A stretch of 62,988 bases of DNA, filler included, from Rhabdomonas costata (taxonomy: Eukaryota): the NCBI GenBank assembly GCA_019059605.1. It is 47 parts of 47 records of this genome, joined end to end, with 100 filler letters (N's around TTAATTAATTAA, not from the genome) between each part and the next. Parts side by side here need not be neighbours in the genome. Positions count along the whole stretch, not along the records: positions 61,747 to 62,988 come from JAHMHO010022221.1; 46 more parts are not named here. One strand, written 5' to 3'. Below the pieces are notes generated by a model that saw nothing but the letters and a program-made list of their open reading frames with translations, had not been told where the DNA came from and did no database searches. A program made the position numbers and the translations under genes. Shown in pieces: positions 62,902-62,988 of the stretch. Numbering within the stretch: position 1 is the first letter of the stretch; each line of letters starts with the position of its first letter.

Positions 62902-62988
62902 CTGTACACACAAACACAGGAATGTGTCTCCCCCACACCCCATGCACACGGCATGTTAGACTAACCGAGATCTCTTCCCGGGCATATG

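Noticed and set aside
1-62988. CRISPR arrays, rRNA, tRNA, spliced-leader RNA genes, operons and clear non-GT-AG euglenid introns
   Set aside because: None was recognised by eye. Every intron I could anchor by homology was GT-AG, and neighbouring contigs are unlinked, so no gene cluster can be claimed.

Overview
This is not a contiguous locus. It is 47 unrelated contigs of about 1.24 kb, each joined by a 100-nt artificial spacer (N44-TTAATTAATTAA-N44), so adjacency between contigs means nothing. G/T-only 5' tips, C/A-only 3' tips and fold-back inversions at many contig ends point to whole-genome-amplified, probably single-cell, DNA. Most contigs come from an intron-rich eukaryote, most likely a euglenozoan (euglenid-like P0 protein, degenerate GT donors). 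Manual splicing recovers fragments of RPLP0, ClpB/Hsp78, PFAS, transportin, a PMCA-type Ca-ATPase, IBA57, SFT2, SPFH/HIR, DENN, ZNF511, a kinase, LRR and Kelch proteins, and two class III nucleotidyl cyclases; several of these are split or absent in the ORF track. Highlights: (1) an intron-split, prokaryote-type CoA-disulfide/persulfide reductase and, on another contig, a DsrE-like exon, together suggesting a eukaryotic sulfur-relay system; (2) an intron-split MASE3 prokaryotic membrane sensor domain; (3) a very AT-rich, intronless contig with a giant-virus-like Hsp70; (4) an array of PBZ-like zinc fingers, possibly ahead of a PARP domain; (5) a divergent RPA70-C-like protein; (6) an ankyrin-like protein with a duplicated unknown alpha/beta domain. 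All family calls come from motif recognition by eye, not from database searches.
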